64,000 nt of DNA from a virus. Its lineage: Duplodnaviria > Caudoviricetes. Below the pieces are notes generated by a model, which worked only from the letters and a program-made list of their open reading frames with translations, was not told where the DNA came from and made no database searches. This document shows positions 19,882 to 30,138 of the stretch, one piece after another. The stretch lies in the IMG/VR virus record IMGVR_UViG_3300021399_000100; one strand, written 5' to 3'. Numbering within the stretch: the first letter of the stretch is position 1; each line of letters begins with the position of its first letter. The position numbers were made by a program, and so were the translations under genes.

Positions 19882-20316
19882 GTGTAAAGAGATTGTTCAT
19901 GTGAACTACCCACGAACTAAAGATTTCGGGGTTTTCTTGCACTATTTAATATAAAAAGCAAATGCAGCTACTCTCCCGAGCGGCTGCATCTTTTATATAC
20001 ATTATCTTCAATATGAAAAATTATGTATTATTTACACCTCATATCATAATCTGTTTTTGTGATTATATGAGAAAAATAAACTTATAGTTTATATTCGGCA
20101 TGTAAATGCTTATAGCTTATATAACATTCTTCAAGATGGAAAAGAAACTCCATAGAACATATAGCAAGAGTGAGGGTGTGCGAATGATAGGTTCACCGAC
20201 CGGACGCTTTAGTACCTGTTCTACTATTAACGAAAGTATTAACAATCAAAAATATACGTATAACAAAAATGCAGCGACTCTCACGAGCAGCTGCATTAAA
20301 ACAGAATTTAATTTCT

Positions 20317-23300
20317 ATGAAATACACAAGTAAAAATGCCTTTACCGCGAACATCACTCGTGTATCTTATTTACCGAGCAAGAATAACTCTGTTTGGCAT
20401 ATTCTAGACAGAATCGCGGATGCTGACATAGAAACATCACCAGAAACTCCTATAGTTATAATTACCCCTAACTCAAAGAATCTGGATTTCTGTATAAAGT
20501 TATGCGGAATAGGCGCAGGTGTGACTAATATAGGTTCAGGGAAGGACGACTTCCAGAGAATGCATAGTTTTGCAAAGTTCAGGCACATCCGCCACAAAAA
20601 TAACCGGAAGCCACTATATGATGCTAGTACAAAAACATCTATACATGCAGATATTCTAGAGATATTCGGTGAAGCCTTCAGTTTCAAATCAGAAGAAGCT
20701 ATAGAGAGTTTCCTTCCAGTCGCTGATAAGATAAAGGATGGACTGTCTAAATGTGATCAATCTCTACAGCACATGATGGCCAAGTATACAGTAGAATGTA
20801 ACAAGGCTACATCGAAAGGAAACTGTGGAATCACTAGAAACTGCCGAAATATCTATACTATAGATTGCGACGAAAGAATAAGCCATGATGTGCTTATATC
20901 TATCATAAATGGTACTTATGTTGCTGATTCTCATAACGCTACAGAAGAAAGTCAAGTATCTAAAGGTATAGAGGAACTCGTAAAGCTCGTAAAGCAAATA
21001 CATTCATTGACAGGAGCCCTTCCCCATATCGTCTATAATAAGAAGACATCTCATTTCCAGATCCAGTATCTGATGAAGGATCCTATTTATGTAACCATAG
21101 AGTCGGCTGCTGCATCATTCAAGAGCTATAATGCTTCAAAGAAAGACGTATCTTTCTTCAGCAGCTATACCCTTCAGTGGAAGTCTGTATTCACTCGCGG
21201 ATTCAGTATACTGGAGAATGATGGAGCAGCATGCAGTCTGTATGATGCAGTATATGACCGTTTCTGGAAATATCGCGACGAATATGTTATTGTTGTTGTG
21301 CAGTCGTACGACCAACATATCGAATATGTAGATCTTGTAGATAAGGACACTTTTAAAGAACAACTGATGAATAATACACATCTGAAGAAAGTGAAAGATG
21401 TAGAGTTCGTCCCTACTCAGAATCTAGGTATCAAAATGTTCGATATAGCCAAGAACAGCAAGCTTCTGTTAAACACACCAGAATATATCTATTATGGCAA
21501 TGCTCATAAGAATATCGGATATGTAAATACGGGTGGGCACAAGTTTGCAGACATCAACTATAACTATTGCGCTAATAAATCATTGTCTATCGGAACACAC
21601 TTATCTCATGTATTCGATGTTGAAGAGGAAGACAGTTCCCTCACGCGAGAGCAGATTATATGCCTGCCTGATGGAGGATATGGTACTGATATGTTTAATA
21701 TGATGGACCTTAGCGCGTGGGAATACGCAGATAAATATGCTATAGATGCTAAATTTATAGCATTCATGGGTAGCCTTGATTCAGCAGAGCGCTTGTTCAA
21801 TAGCGAGGTACTTGCAGAATATGAAAAGTTCGTAGCAGGTCATACCTTCATGATGGATAAAAATGTACCCCTCCGTGAATGTAAAGAAGCATACGAGTTC
21901 AAGAATAGGCATAATCTTGACATATCAGAACATGCTGAAGCGACTGATGACGAATCATATGAATCATCTGTAAAAACAAAAGAAGAAAACACTAAGCAGT
22001 TAATAGAACATCTTAATAATCAATATGATAAAGGAGTATCAGATACTATTGATGCATTGAGCGAGAAATATCTAGGCGTTCCATATCTTGAATTGATATC
22101 TAATCTCGTCAATAAGATTGAAACACACGAGCATACTTCTCGCCATAAGTTCGATCATATATCAGGTCTGTACATTCTTTATAAGGCTATTTCGCACAAC
22201 ATTGAGTTCGCTGAAATATGCCGGGCATACAATCAGACCGCGGTTATTACTGAAGAAGGAAGCAATGCTTTCAATGAGGTTAATACTTTGATTGAGTATT
22301 CATTCAATGACGTGGTCAATAACATATATGATCGAACGCTGCCAGGTACATGCCATACAGGTGAATATGAACATAAATTTGACCTTCGCACAAATATCAT
22401 CCGTATGGACCCTTCTGCCTTATCTAAGAAAGCAGCTAGAATGACTAGGAGCTCAAGATGGGTTATTAATGGGTCACATGCCAAATCCTTATTATCTGGG
22501 TCTACTAAGCTAGATGTTATATATAATATGTTCAAGTTACTTCCAACATATATTCATAGTGAAGAATTAGCTAGAGAGTATACAGGAACTTCTAAATCAA
22601 CGAGTTACCGTACTCTCGTCAAATCAGCGTGGATGAAAGAGCTAGATGAATGCTTTGATCCTAATACTGCATCTAATCTGAGAAGTGTTAGTGTTTTATA
22701 TAAACCTACATCATATAAGAACAGCAACTGCCCTGGCAAAGGTATAAAATATATCACACTCAGAGAGCTGAAAGAACATGGAAGTTCTTATTATATAAAT
22801 AAAAACAAGCACATAGCAGACTTCTGTCTAGAGACCGCTACACATTTTAGAACCAAAGGTGATCCTCATGCGAATATAGACAGATATATATCTTCATTAG
22901 AGTACTTTATCGAACTTGTGAGAGGATTGCAATGCGAAGGTGATTGGTGTGCAGAAATTTCTGACGAGAATGTAGACCCTTCATTGGATGAAGATATCCA
23001 GAACAGCGGTATAGATACTCAGATTGAAGGCAAATACGTTGTCAAAGATAGAGAACTTATTCTAGCGCAAGTTAAGACATACAGATACTTCATGAAGATA
23101 TATACTCATATCAATGCAACATTGGATGCTGTAGATGAATATAGCGAAGAACCTCATATTATTAAATTGCAGTCTGTTACACATGAACTGCATAGAATAC
23201 TGGACGAGTTTCTGAGAGATATGTACCATGAACTGACGTCCTATACGAACACTGATTGTGTAACATCATGCAAAGACATATCATGTGTCCCCCATATTGA

Positions 23301-23436
23301 TGTAGAAGAAGCTATATCCGTGATGATGCATCATATTGAATTATATTATAATATGGTTGACTTCTTCGGCGACGATTACTTATGGGACATGGATTGGGGC
23401 GATGATAATGATAAGAAACTCCCGATAACATCATAG
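20317..23436 (+). CDS. Large protein with ColE2-Rep/AEP primase-like motifs (putative replication initiator)
   Basis: YTIDCD and LPHIVYNKKTSHFQIQYLMKDPI resemble the DxD and P..iv.N....H.h..y.L..Pv motifs of the Replicase (PF03090-type) family. Confidence 0.5.
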   Translation: MKYTSKNAFTANITRVSYLPSKNNSVWHILDRIADADIETSPETPIVIITPNSKNLDFCIKLCGIGAGVTNIGSGKDDFQRMHSFAKFRHIRHKNNRKPLYDASTKTSIHADILEIFGEAFSFKSEEAIESFLPVADKIKDGLSKCDQSLQHMMAKYTVECNKATSKGNCGITRNCRNIYTIDCDERISHDVLISIINGTYVADSHNATEESQVSKGIEELVKLVKQIHSLTGALPHIVYNKKTSHFQIQYLMKDPIYVTIESAAASFKSYNASKKDVSFFSSYTLQWKSVFTRGFSILENDGAACSLYDAVYDRFWKYRDEYVIVVVQSYDQHIEYVDLVDKDTFKEQLMNNTHLKKVKDVEFVPTQNLGIKMFDIAKNSKLLLNTPEYIYYGNAHKNIGYVNTGGHKFADINYNYCANKSLSIGTHLSHVFDVEEEDSSLTREQIICLPDGGYGTDMFNMMDLSAWEYADKYAIDAKFIAFMGSLDSAERLFNSEVLAEYEKFVAGHTFMMDKNVPLRECKEAYEFKNRHNLDISEHAEATDDESYESSVKTKEENTKQLIEHLNNQYDKGVSDTIDALSEKYLGVPYLELISNLVNKIETHEHTSRHKFDHISGLYILYKAISHNIEFAEICRAYNQTAVITEEGSNAFNEVNTLIEYSFNDVVNNIYDRTLPGTCHTGEYEHKFDLRTNIIRMDPSALSKKAARMTRSSRWVINGSHAKSLLSGSTKLDVIYNMFKLLPTYIHSEELAREYTGTSKSTSYRTLVKSAWMKELDECFDPNTASNLRSVSVLYKPTSYKNSNCPGKGIKYITLRELKEHGSSYYINKNKHIADFCLETATHFRTKGDPHANIDRYISSLEYFIELVRGLQCEGDWCAEISDENVDPSLDEDIQNSGIDTQIEGKYVVKDRELILAQVKTYRYFMKIYTHINATLDAVDEYSEEPHIIKLQSVTHELHRILDEFLRDMYHELTSYTNTDCVTSCKDISCVPHIDVEEAISVMMHHIELYYNMVDFFGDDYLWDMDWGDDNDKKLPITS

Positions 23437-23476
23437 ATATTTTGGTGATTATATAATAAATCTAAATTCAATAGTT

Positions 23477-24790
23477 ATGGATCAAATTAGACAAATTACT
23501 AATATATCAAGTCTTGCAGAATTAGGAGCTACCGTGCTGCCTGATACTTCTATAGCATTACTTGACCATTCGCAAGAAAAGATTCTTGCTGATATTATAT
23601 CTGCATGTGATATAGCACGTCTCAGCACAACAGATGTGTGTGATAACATATATACATTCTTGATCACAGGAGATGAACCGTTTGATCAGTCATGGGATGG
23701 CGAGGTGAAGCACTTTGGCGTTGAAGATAATATATGGAAAGTGACTGTAAGTGAGAGCAAAGACCGCAACAACGTCATGAGATTGATGCATATCACTAAC
23801 GTATCTAATGGATTCTTATGGGGCGAAACGTCTCTGTATCTAGAGGATGAATTTATTTATGCCAACGATGACGATCATTCATCTACTAAGATAAGTGCGG
23901 ACTGTAGTTTATTGTTAACACAGATCTATAACAAGATCATGGCAATACTAGCCACACCGAAGACCATTCAAGAGTATAATAACTCAATATCTGATATTCT
24001 TCCAGATTATAAGCTGACGTATTATGTCAAGAGATCAGATTTAAGAGATAACAATATACTCCGAATGCCTGTGTATATAGAAGATCCTGAGACTAAAGTC
24101 AAGGTAAAAAATATTTTGAAAGATAGCGCGCTTCTGGATAATGAAGAGGCAGATAATTATGATGTTATCCATACAATTACTCCACGTCAATATGTGTCTG
24201 CATGGTGTATAGCACACAAGAGTAGTTCCTCTCATTTGCATACCGCTAAATCAGAAGATACAAATGATATCGGTGATGATGAATATTTCAGAAAATATAA
24301 TTCTAAAGGGGATGAACTAATAGATATGCTGAAAGATGGTGGTTGGGACGACCCTTCAGTACTAAAGAAATGGGGTGAAGAACAATCGCCATATCATTGC
24401 TATGATGTAGTATATGCGAGAACACATTTGCAGCCATACGGCAAAAAACTGTACTACGCTAATTCCACTCATTATTACATAGACTTGTTCTTAACATCAA
24501 TAATACCTCTACATGAGTCTATTGGAGACTTATTGTGCATCATAGATGCATCTAAGTACATAGATATTCTTGATGAAAAAGATTACGTTCGTTTAGTACC
24601 TTCTTATGCAGACAAATACATGAGAAATTACAAACTAGATGAGGGCCCATGCTATATAGAGCAACGACACGACCCCTGCTTGATTCATGATATACGTGAT
24701 TGCAAATCTCTGATAAAGAAAAATGAATACTGTCCTCCAATAGTATCCACTAGAGAATTTATTATAAAATCAATACTACAAGAATCATGA
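23477..24790 (+). CDS. Hypothetical protein
   Basis: 437-aa ORF; GTGATTATAT at 23445-23454. Confidence 0.75.
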   Translation: MDQIRQITNISSLAELGATVLPDTSIALLDHSQEKILADIISACDIARLSTTDVCDNIYTFLITGDEPFDQSWDGEVKHFGVEDNIWKVTVSESKDRNNVMRLMHITNVSNGFLWGETSLYLEDEFIYANDDDHSSTKISADCSLLLTQIYNKIMAILATPKTIQEYNNSISDILPDYKLTYYVKRSDLRDNNILRMPVYIEDPETKVKVKNILKDSALLDNEEADNYDVIHTITPRQYVSAWCIAHKSSSSHLHTAKSEDTNDIGDDEYFRKYNSKGDELIDMLKDGGWDDPSVLKKWGEEQSPYHCYDVVYARTHLQPYGKKLYYANSTHYYIDLFLTSIIPLHESIGDLLCIIDASKYIDILDEKDYVRLVPSYADKYMRNYKLDEGPCYIEQRHDPCLIHDIRDCKSLIKKNEYCPPIVSTREFIIKSILQES

Positions 24791-25596
24791 AAGTAAAATA
24801 TATTTCTGATCTACATCTAGGCAGAGAGTACTCTAATTTATTGGTACTCAAGTATATACAGGAGCATCCGACTGATGATGCAGACGTTCTTGTGATAGCA
24901 GGTGATCTATGTCCTATATTACGCTTGAAAAATTTTGCATCTTGTGATGATGTATTATTTAAGTTTATCAATTGGTGTCATAATAATTTTCAGAAGACTA
25001 TAATTGTCCCCGGTAATCATGAGTTCTATGATGGCTCTGAATTGAGTGAATTTTCTGTGCATGGATACCGTCACGAGCTGACTGATAAAGTAATTATAGC
25101 TAATAATTCTACCGAAATGATTGGCAACGAAGTATTTTTTGTATGTTCTACAATGTGGAGTAACGTGAGCGAGCAGAATATTCCTTATGTCAATTCATAT
25201 ATGAACGATACGAGGTTGATTCGCTGGCACGGTGAGAAGTTCAGCGCAGATAGGTTCCAATGTGTACATGCAGAATGCCGTGATTCTATAGTAAGTGATC
25301 TGACTAATCTACGTAGAATGGGCGTCCCTGCCTGTAAAATTGTAGTAGTAACCCATCACTGTCCAAGTGTATTGTGTGAGAACCCTATTCATAAGGGTGG
25401 CAGATTAACTACTGCATTTATAGCAGACGACATGCAGGATATAATATCAGAATTTTCACCTGCATATTGGATATATGGGCATACTCACTACAATAAAGAT
25501 ATTGATCTCTGCGATACTCATATAGTATCTAATCAAATGGGATACAATCCTAAAGAATCTAATGATTTTAGTTTCGGTAAATGTTTCTTTATCTAA
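24787..25596 (+). CDS. Metallophosphoesterase
   Basis: SDLHL, AGD, GNHE, THHCP and YGHTH motifs. Confidence 0.9.
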   Translation: MKVKYISDLHLGREYSNLLVLKYIQEHPTDDADVLVIAGDLCPILRLKNFASCDDVLFKFINWCHNNFQKTIIVPGNHEFYDGSELSEFSVHGYRHELTDKVIIANNSTEMIGNEVFFVCSTMWSNVSEQNIPYVNSYMNDTRLIRWHGEKFSADRFQCVHAECRDSIVSDLTNLRRMGVPACKIVVVTHHCPSVLCENPIHKGGRLTTAFIADDMQDIISEFSPAYWIYGHTHYNKDIDLCDTHIVSNQMGYNPKESNDFSFGKCFFI

Positions 25597-25627
25597 TGCA
25601 TTAATAATTAAACAAAAAGATACTAAC

Positions 25628-26314
25628 ATGAATAAAAAAGTATTGATAGTACCTGATGTACATGGAAGACTTTTCTGGAAAGACGCTATGTCTAAAATAG
25701 ACGAAGTAGATCTGTGTGTATTCTTGGGCGATTATGTTGATCCATATGAATTTGAAGCAAATACTATATCAGGTTCAGAACCTGAGCGACTTGTAGATAA
25801 TGTGAAAGAGATTATCAAATTCGCAAGAGACTATTCTCCAAAAGTAGTTTTACTCTTAGGAAACCATGATGCTCACTATATATGCGATGCACTTTATATC
25901 AGGAGTTCTAGATACAATTCTGCAATTAAAAACGGATTGCTGCGTACTTTTGAACAGAATAAGGACCTCTTCCGTAAATGCCTAGCGTATAACGGTGTTC
26001 TGTTTTCGCATGCAGGTGTAACTAAAGCATGGCTGTGCTATAATGGATATACTGGGGATTTTGATAACATTAATGAAATAGCCTCTTTCATAGAAGGCAG
26101 TGCTATAGATGATATCGCGCAAGTCGGACGTGCTAGAGGAGGAAATTATCCGTCTGGAGGGCCTATGTGGGCTGATTTGGGTGAACATACTGGTAAAGAT
26201 TTCTCTTTTCCTCAAGCAGTAGGCCATACACAATTGAGACAAACTGGTTCAGTTGCATGTATAGGAAATGTTACCTGTTATGATTCAAGAAGTATACATA
26301 TTATAGAAATATAA
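25628..26314 (+). CDS. Metallophosphoesterase (Ser/Thr phosphatase-like)
   Basis: DVHG, LGDYVD, GNHD, HAG and GHT motifs. Confidence 0.9.
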   Translation: MNKKVLIVPDVHGRLFWKDAMSKIDEVDLCVFLGDYVDPYEFEANTISGSEPERLVDNVKEIIKFARDYSPKVVLLLGNHDAHYICDALYIRSSRYNSAIKNGLLRTFEQNKDLFRKCLAYNGVLFSHAGVTKAWLCYNGYTGDFDNINEIASFIEGSAIDDIAQVGRARGGNYPSGGPMWADLGEHTGKDFSFPQAVGHTQLRQTGSVACIGNVTCYDSRSIHIIEI

Positions 26315-26383
26315 CATCATTCTTTTTGGGGATGTGTGATTATATTATTGAACAATTATTAATTAATTATGCATAATATGAAC

Positions 26384-27064
26384 ATGAAAAAGAAACGAAT
26401 CGTTTCAGTAGAATCTGTTGGAGAGAGAGAAGTCTTCGATATCTCTACAACAGAAAACGTGTACATTACGGATAATGGTCTGATCAACCATAATTCGGGT
26501 ATAGTATACGGCTCATCCGTCATCATGAACCTGGCAAAGGCTCAACTGAAAGAATCTACAGAAGTAGTAGGCCAGCGTGTTATCGCTAAAGCACAGAAGA
26601 ACCGTTTCTGCAAGCCTACTCCATGCGAGTTTGAGATTCGATTTGACACATCGTTGAACCCATATAAAGGTCTACAGGACTATGTTACATGGGATTCATG
26701 CGGTGTAGGAAGAGGCAAGTTCATCGATGAAAAGGAGTACAGCAAACTGACGGCAGCAGCTCAAAGTGCATGTAGACTGTGTGCAGCGAACGGTCAATAC
26801 TTCATGCCAAACAATGGTAGGAATATCTGTAAAGAAGACGGGTCTGTCTATCCTATCGATGATTTTTTCACTCCTAAGATCTTTACACAAGATGTACTGG
26901 AGAGACTTGATAAAGTAATTTCTCCTCTGTTCACATATGGCTCTAATGAAACGACGGGTCTCGCAGAACTAGATCACGAGGTAGATGAGTCTGAAGAAGC
27001 TCAAAACGAGCTTAAAGCAGAAATGGACAGGCTATACGATGATTTTCCTCTAGATGAGAATTAA
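26384..27064 (+). CDS. uvsX: C-intein fused to the C-terminal part of a UvsX/RecA-like recombinase (split gene)
   Basis: MKKKRIVSVESVGEREVFDI...NGLINHN|S is an IntC; the extein SGIVY.S...K.QLKE...G......KNRF...IRFD...NPY.GL aligns by eye with the T4 UvsX C-terminal half. Confidence 0.85.
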   Translation: MKKKRIVSVESVGEREVFDISTTENVYITDNGLINHNSGIVYGSSVIMNLAKAQLKESTEVVGQRVIAKAQKNRFCKPTPCEFEIRFDTSLNPYKGLQDYVTWDSCGVGRGKFIDEKEYSKLTAAAQSACRLCAANGQYFMPNNGRNICKEDGSVYPIDDFFTPKIFTQDVLERLDKVISPLFTYGSNETTGLAELDHEVDESEEAQNELKAEMDRLYDDFPLDEN

Positions 27065-27077
27065 TACACATTGTAAA

Positions 27078-27122
27078 TATAGTGTCAGTACGAAAACACG
27101 AGTAAGTGCTGGCACTATTTTT
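27078..27122 (+). terminator. Hairpin terminator
   Basis: AATAGTGTCAGTAC...GTGCTGGCACTATT followed by Ts. Confidence 0.65.
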
Positions 27123-27145
27123 ATGTTTAATTATAAAAACTTTTT

Positions 27146-28183
27146 TTGATGAAACAGAAATTTTCTAATTTCGAAATCGACACACCTAAAGGTGTCAAGA
27201 TTCTTAACCCACGTCGTACAAAAGATATGACAGAAGCCCTTATGAATGTGTATTTGCGAACTGCAAGTTCCAAAGACATTGAGATTTATAAAGCGGCTGA
27301 ATCTAATGGCTCTATTTTCCGTGATGAAGAAGGGTGCGTAGTTTTGATTGACAATGGCAACGCGTACAACAGTCAAAAGACTGACATTGTGAAGGATGAT
27401 TCCTTTAACGAGGATCATTCTGTATGGGGCCATACTAAAGGCCAGCGCGGTGCTAAGCAGAAGGCTATGAAGAGCACTTTGTACACAATTTTATCTACAA
27501 TTAAAAACAACACGCCTTTGAAGGCTGTCGTCGTTAGACATGACAAGGAAAACAACCGGGTGTATATTGATATCCCGCAATATGAGCTCCGCAACATATT
27601 GCTATATCGCCCAATGTTTGACTATCGCGACGATATGTTAGACATGTACCCTATCGGAAGTAGCTTATATGTCTTCGCTGAGAATGACGCAACTGGTATC
27701 AAGATCTCTGATCATAATATGATCCCTGATATCTTTACTAGTATGCAATTACACACTAAAGTCAAATTCACTGTATTCAAGACAGGTCCTCATGGATGCA
27801 TTTGTGAGGCTGAATATGATGGAATCAAGTGTAGGGCATATGCAAGCGACATTGATAACACCATGAGAGTTGGAGACGTATTCATTGCTCCTATTGCATT
27901 CAATAAATCAGGCCTTACTGCGGTCCTCGATGCAGAACTGTGGGAAACATACACAAGCATCGTAGAAAAGGAGCCTAAACGCAAGCTCACAGTATACTCA
28001 ATTGCTCCTAGGGGCTATAAAGTATTTGAAACTGTTGTTGTAGACGGCGAGAAGAAGCGAATCACTTTGTTCGTTCCTCAGCGAGTTGTCAAAGGCCGAA
28101 CTGACATATCTGTCGGCACTGAACTGGAACTAGAAATCGCTGAAGTCCACCCAGAAAACGAATTGGTTATATTCAAAATCTAA
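27146..28183 (+). CDS. S1/OB-fold repeat protein (ribosomal protein bS1-like)
   Basis: Repeated beta patterns with VGD/VGT...I.EV..EN and V..I..HG/RG motifs. Confidence 0.6.
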   Translation: MMKQKFSNFEIDTPKGVKILNPRRTKDMTEALMNVYLRTASSKDIEIYKAAESNGSIFRDEEGCVVLIDNGNAYNSQKTDIVKDDSFNEDHSVWGHTKGQRGAKQKAMKSTLYTILSTIKNNTPLKAVVVRHDKENNRVYIDIPQYELRNILLYRPMFDYRDDMLDMYPIGSSLYVFAENDATGIKISDHNMIPDIFTSMQLHTKVKFTVFKTGPHGCICEAEYDGIKCRAYASDIDNTMRVGDVFIAPIAFNKSGLTAVLDAELWETYTSIVEKEPKRKLTVYSIAPRGYKVFETVVVDGEKKRITLFVPQRVVKGRTDISVGTELELEIAEVHPENELVIFKI

Positions 28184-28189
28184 AAGTAT

Positions 28190-29107
28190 ATGGCTAGAAA
28201 AACTACTAACATTGTAGAATCAGATGCTGCTGCTGTCTTGCAGCAGCGACTGGGTAGTCCTGTACAATCTCCTGATACAGAAGGACCTGCAAATGCTTCT
28301 GGCCCTATTACTGTGGGTGGGTGGACTAAAGTAGATAATGAGGACTTGCCTACGAAGGGTAAGTTCTATCAGGAAGTATGGGTGAAGCCTTTCGATGTAA
28401 AGACTGTAAGAGAAGTATCGTCAGTAGATCCTAATAATGCACTTGCTACTTTGAAGAGTATGTGCGATATTCTTTCTAGAAATTGCTATATTATTGATCT
28501 TCAAGGAAATAAAGTCGATGGGTCTAATCTGAAGCGTGCTGATTCCCTGTCTGTTCTGCTGGTAATACGTGCAATCACGTATATTGACGACTTCAAGCTT
28601 AATTTGACTCAGCCTGCAACATGTAGCGTGTGTGGAAAACCGATCGAACAGATTGTATGCGATGGCGCTTCTATTTTAGAGTGGCCTGCTAAGTTCGATG
28701 AGATCGCAAGTATTGAATCAGATGGTACTATCGTGTATAAGAATTTCCGGTTCCATCTTCCATCTATATCTGAAGTGCTCACGTTCATCACTGTGCTGCT
28801 ATCAGATGATCCAACTATGAAGCTTGACGAAACTACACGGAGTGATGCAAGTTCTCTCTTGTATATATGTCCTGTAGTCGGTACTACGTCGCAGATGCAC
28901 AAAGCAATTCTTGATGCAAGTACGTCTATGTACAGTATGAGCTTGAAAGATATTGCTGTATTCCGTAAATTTGTACAGTTCCTTGATAAAAACATAGGAA
29001 CTGAGCCTACAATCAATACAGAATGTCCTCATTGCGGTGCTGATATAAAGATTCCCTTTTCAGTGGGAATCGCTGACATATGTCTTGCCACTGTTGAGGA
29101 TCTCTGA
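28190..29107 (+). CDS. Baseplate hub / tail assembly protein (T4 gp26-like)
   Basis: LPTKG..Y, VKPF, IRAITY, CSVCG and CPHCG. Confidence 0.7.
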   Translation: MARKTTNIVESDAAAVLQQRLGSPVQSPDTEGPANASGPITVGGWTKVDNEDLPTKGKFYQEVWVKPFDVKTVREVSSVDPNNALATLKSMCDILSRNCYIIDLQGNKVDGSNLKRADSLSVLLVIRAITYIDDFKLNLTQPATCSVCGKPIEQIVCDGASILEWPAKFDEIASIESDGTIVYKNFRFHLPSISEVLTFITVLLSDDPTMKLDETTRSDASSLLYICPVVGTTSQMHKAILDASTSMYSMSLKDIAVFRKFVQFLDKNIGTEPTINTECPHCGADIKIPFSVGIADICLATVEDL

Positions 29108-29396
29108 TCTTCGAGGACTAGACCGACTGCTAGTTATATGTATGAAAGAGCTCAACCAGAGTTTATCAGATGTACTAGCATGGCCTTATCCGTTGTTCAG
29201 TGATATGATTGACGAGTATGTCAAATTGATGAAAGAAAGGGAAGAAACCGAAAAGGAGAAAGAGAAAGACTTCGATGCAGATATGCATTCTAAAATGTCT
29301 AGTATGCAGCGACAGTATTCACCTCCTGGGCTATCTAGCCTATCTAAAATGCCTAGTATGACAAACTTCCCTAGTCTGTCAAGTCTGAAGTTCTAA
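29085..29396 (+). CDS. Small baseplate-hub/tail-assembly partner protein (start uncertain)
   Basis: M....SLSDV..WPY..F..MI..Y motif typical of the small ORF that follows gp26-like genes. Confidence 0.55.
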   Translation: MPLLRISDLRGLDRLLVICMKELNQSLSDVLAWPYPLFSDMIDEYVKLMKEREETEKEKEKDFDADMHSKMSSMQRQYSPPGLSSLSKMPSMTNFPSLSSLKF

Positions 29397-29417
29397 ATTG
29401 AATGGGCCAACAATAAT

Positions 29418-29453
29418 GAAAGGGCGTGGAGTTAATAGTTCCACGCCCTTTCT
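29418..29453. terminator. Bidirectional terminator between convergent genes
   Basis: GAAAGGGCGTGGA...TCCACGCCCTTTC. Confidence 0.8.
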
Positions 29454-29480
29454 GTATTATGAGTGATGTTCTGTAATTGA

Positions 29481-30050
29481 TTAATAACCCAATTTCAATT
29501 CATCAGCCAAGTTAGCGCTCAGCGTCAATACAAGTCTAGCTGGATCAGTTGACGAAAAGTCTGCATCAGGAAGACCTGATATCTTTAGTGGGACAATGTC
29601 TATCAGATCCACTACTCTCCAAGGCGTACCGTCTCTATCGCACTGCTCTATATGACCTTCTGCAGCATAGTCTACTTTCAAGCCGAATTCGCCAGTATCT
29701 CTATTGTAAGACATATCGAACCAATGTCTGATTGTGTTGTAAATGTAGTTCTCGTGGGCGTTGTTCAAGTTCAACGTCAACTCTATCGTTATATCGAGAG
29801 ATGTCTGTTCAGGAACACCTGCATATGTACGATCGTGCAGGCCAGCTTTCTGTGTAACCTTATTCACTCCAGGATTCACACCTTCCAGACCTGTTATCTT
29901 ATCGATATGCTCTTGAAGAAGTTCTAGATTCTCTCCTGTAGGTAGGAAAAGGCTAGCACTATTATATGCACCTATCACTGGTTCGAATTTCTTAATAGAT
30001 GCAGTATAGTTTCTGTAATGATGTTTACGCATTGCCATTTCAAATATCAA
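29481..30050 (-). CDS. Tail tube protein (T4 gp19-like)
   Basis: W.D..YN..TG..GLK.DY....IEQ.DR.G pattern. Confidence 0.75.
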   Translation of the reverse strand: MIFEMAMRKHHYRNYTASIKKFEPVIGAYNSASLFLPTGENLELLQEHIDKITGLEGVNPGVNKVTQKAGLHDRTYAGVPEQTSLDITIELTLNLNNAHENYIYNTIRHWFDMSYNRDTGEFGLKVDYAAEGHIEQCDRDGTPWRVVDLIDIVPLKISGLPDADFSSTDPARLVLTLSANLADELKLGY

Positions 30051-30138
30051 TTCATTAATATATTATTATTTACTCCTGTATGGCGAACATGTATATGATA
30101 TTTTTGTGATTACATATATAAACAAACATTAGTATAGT

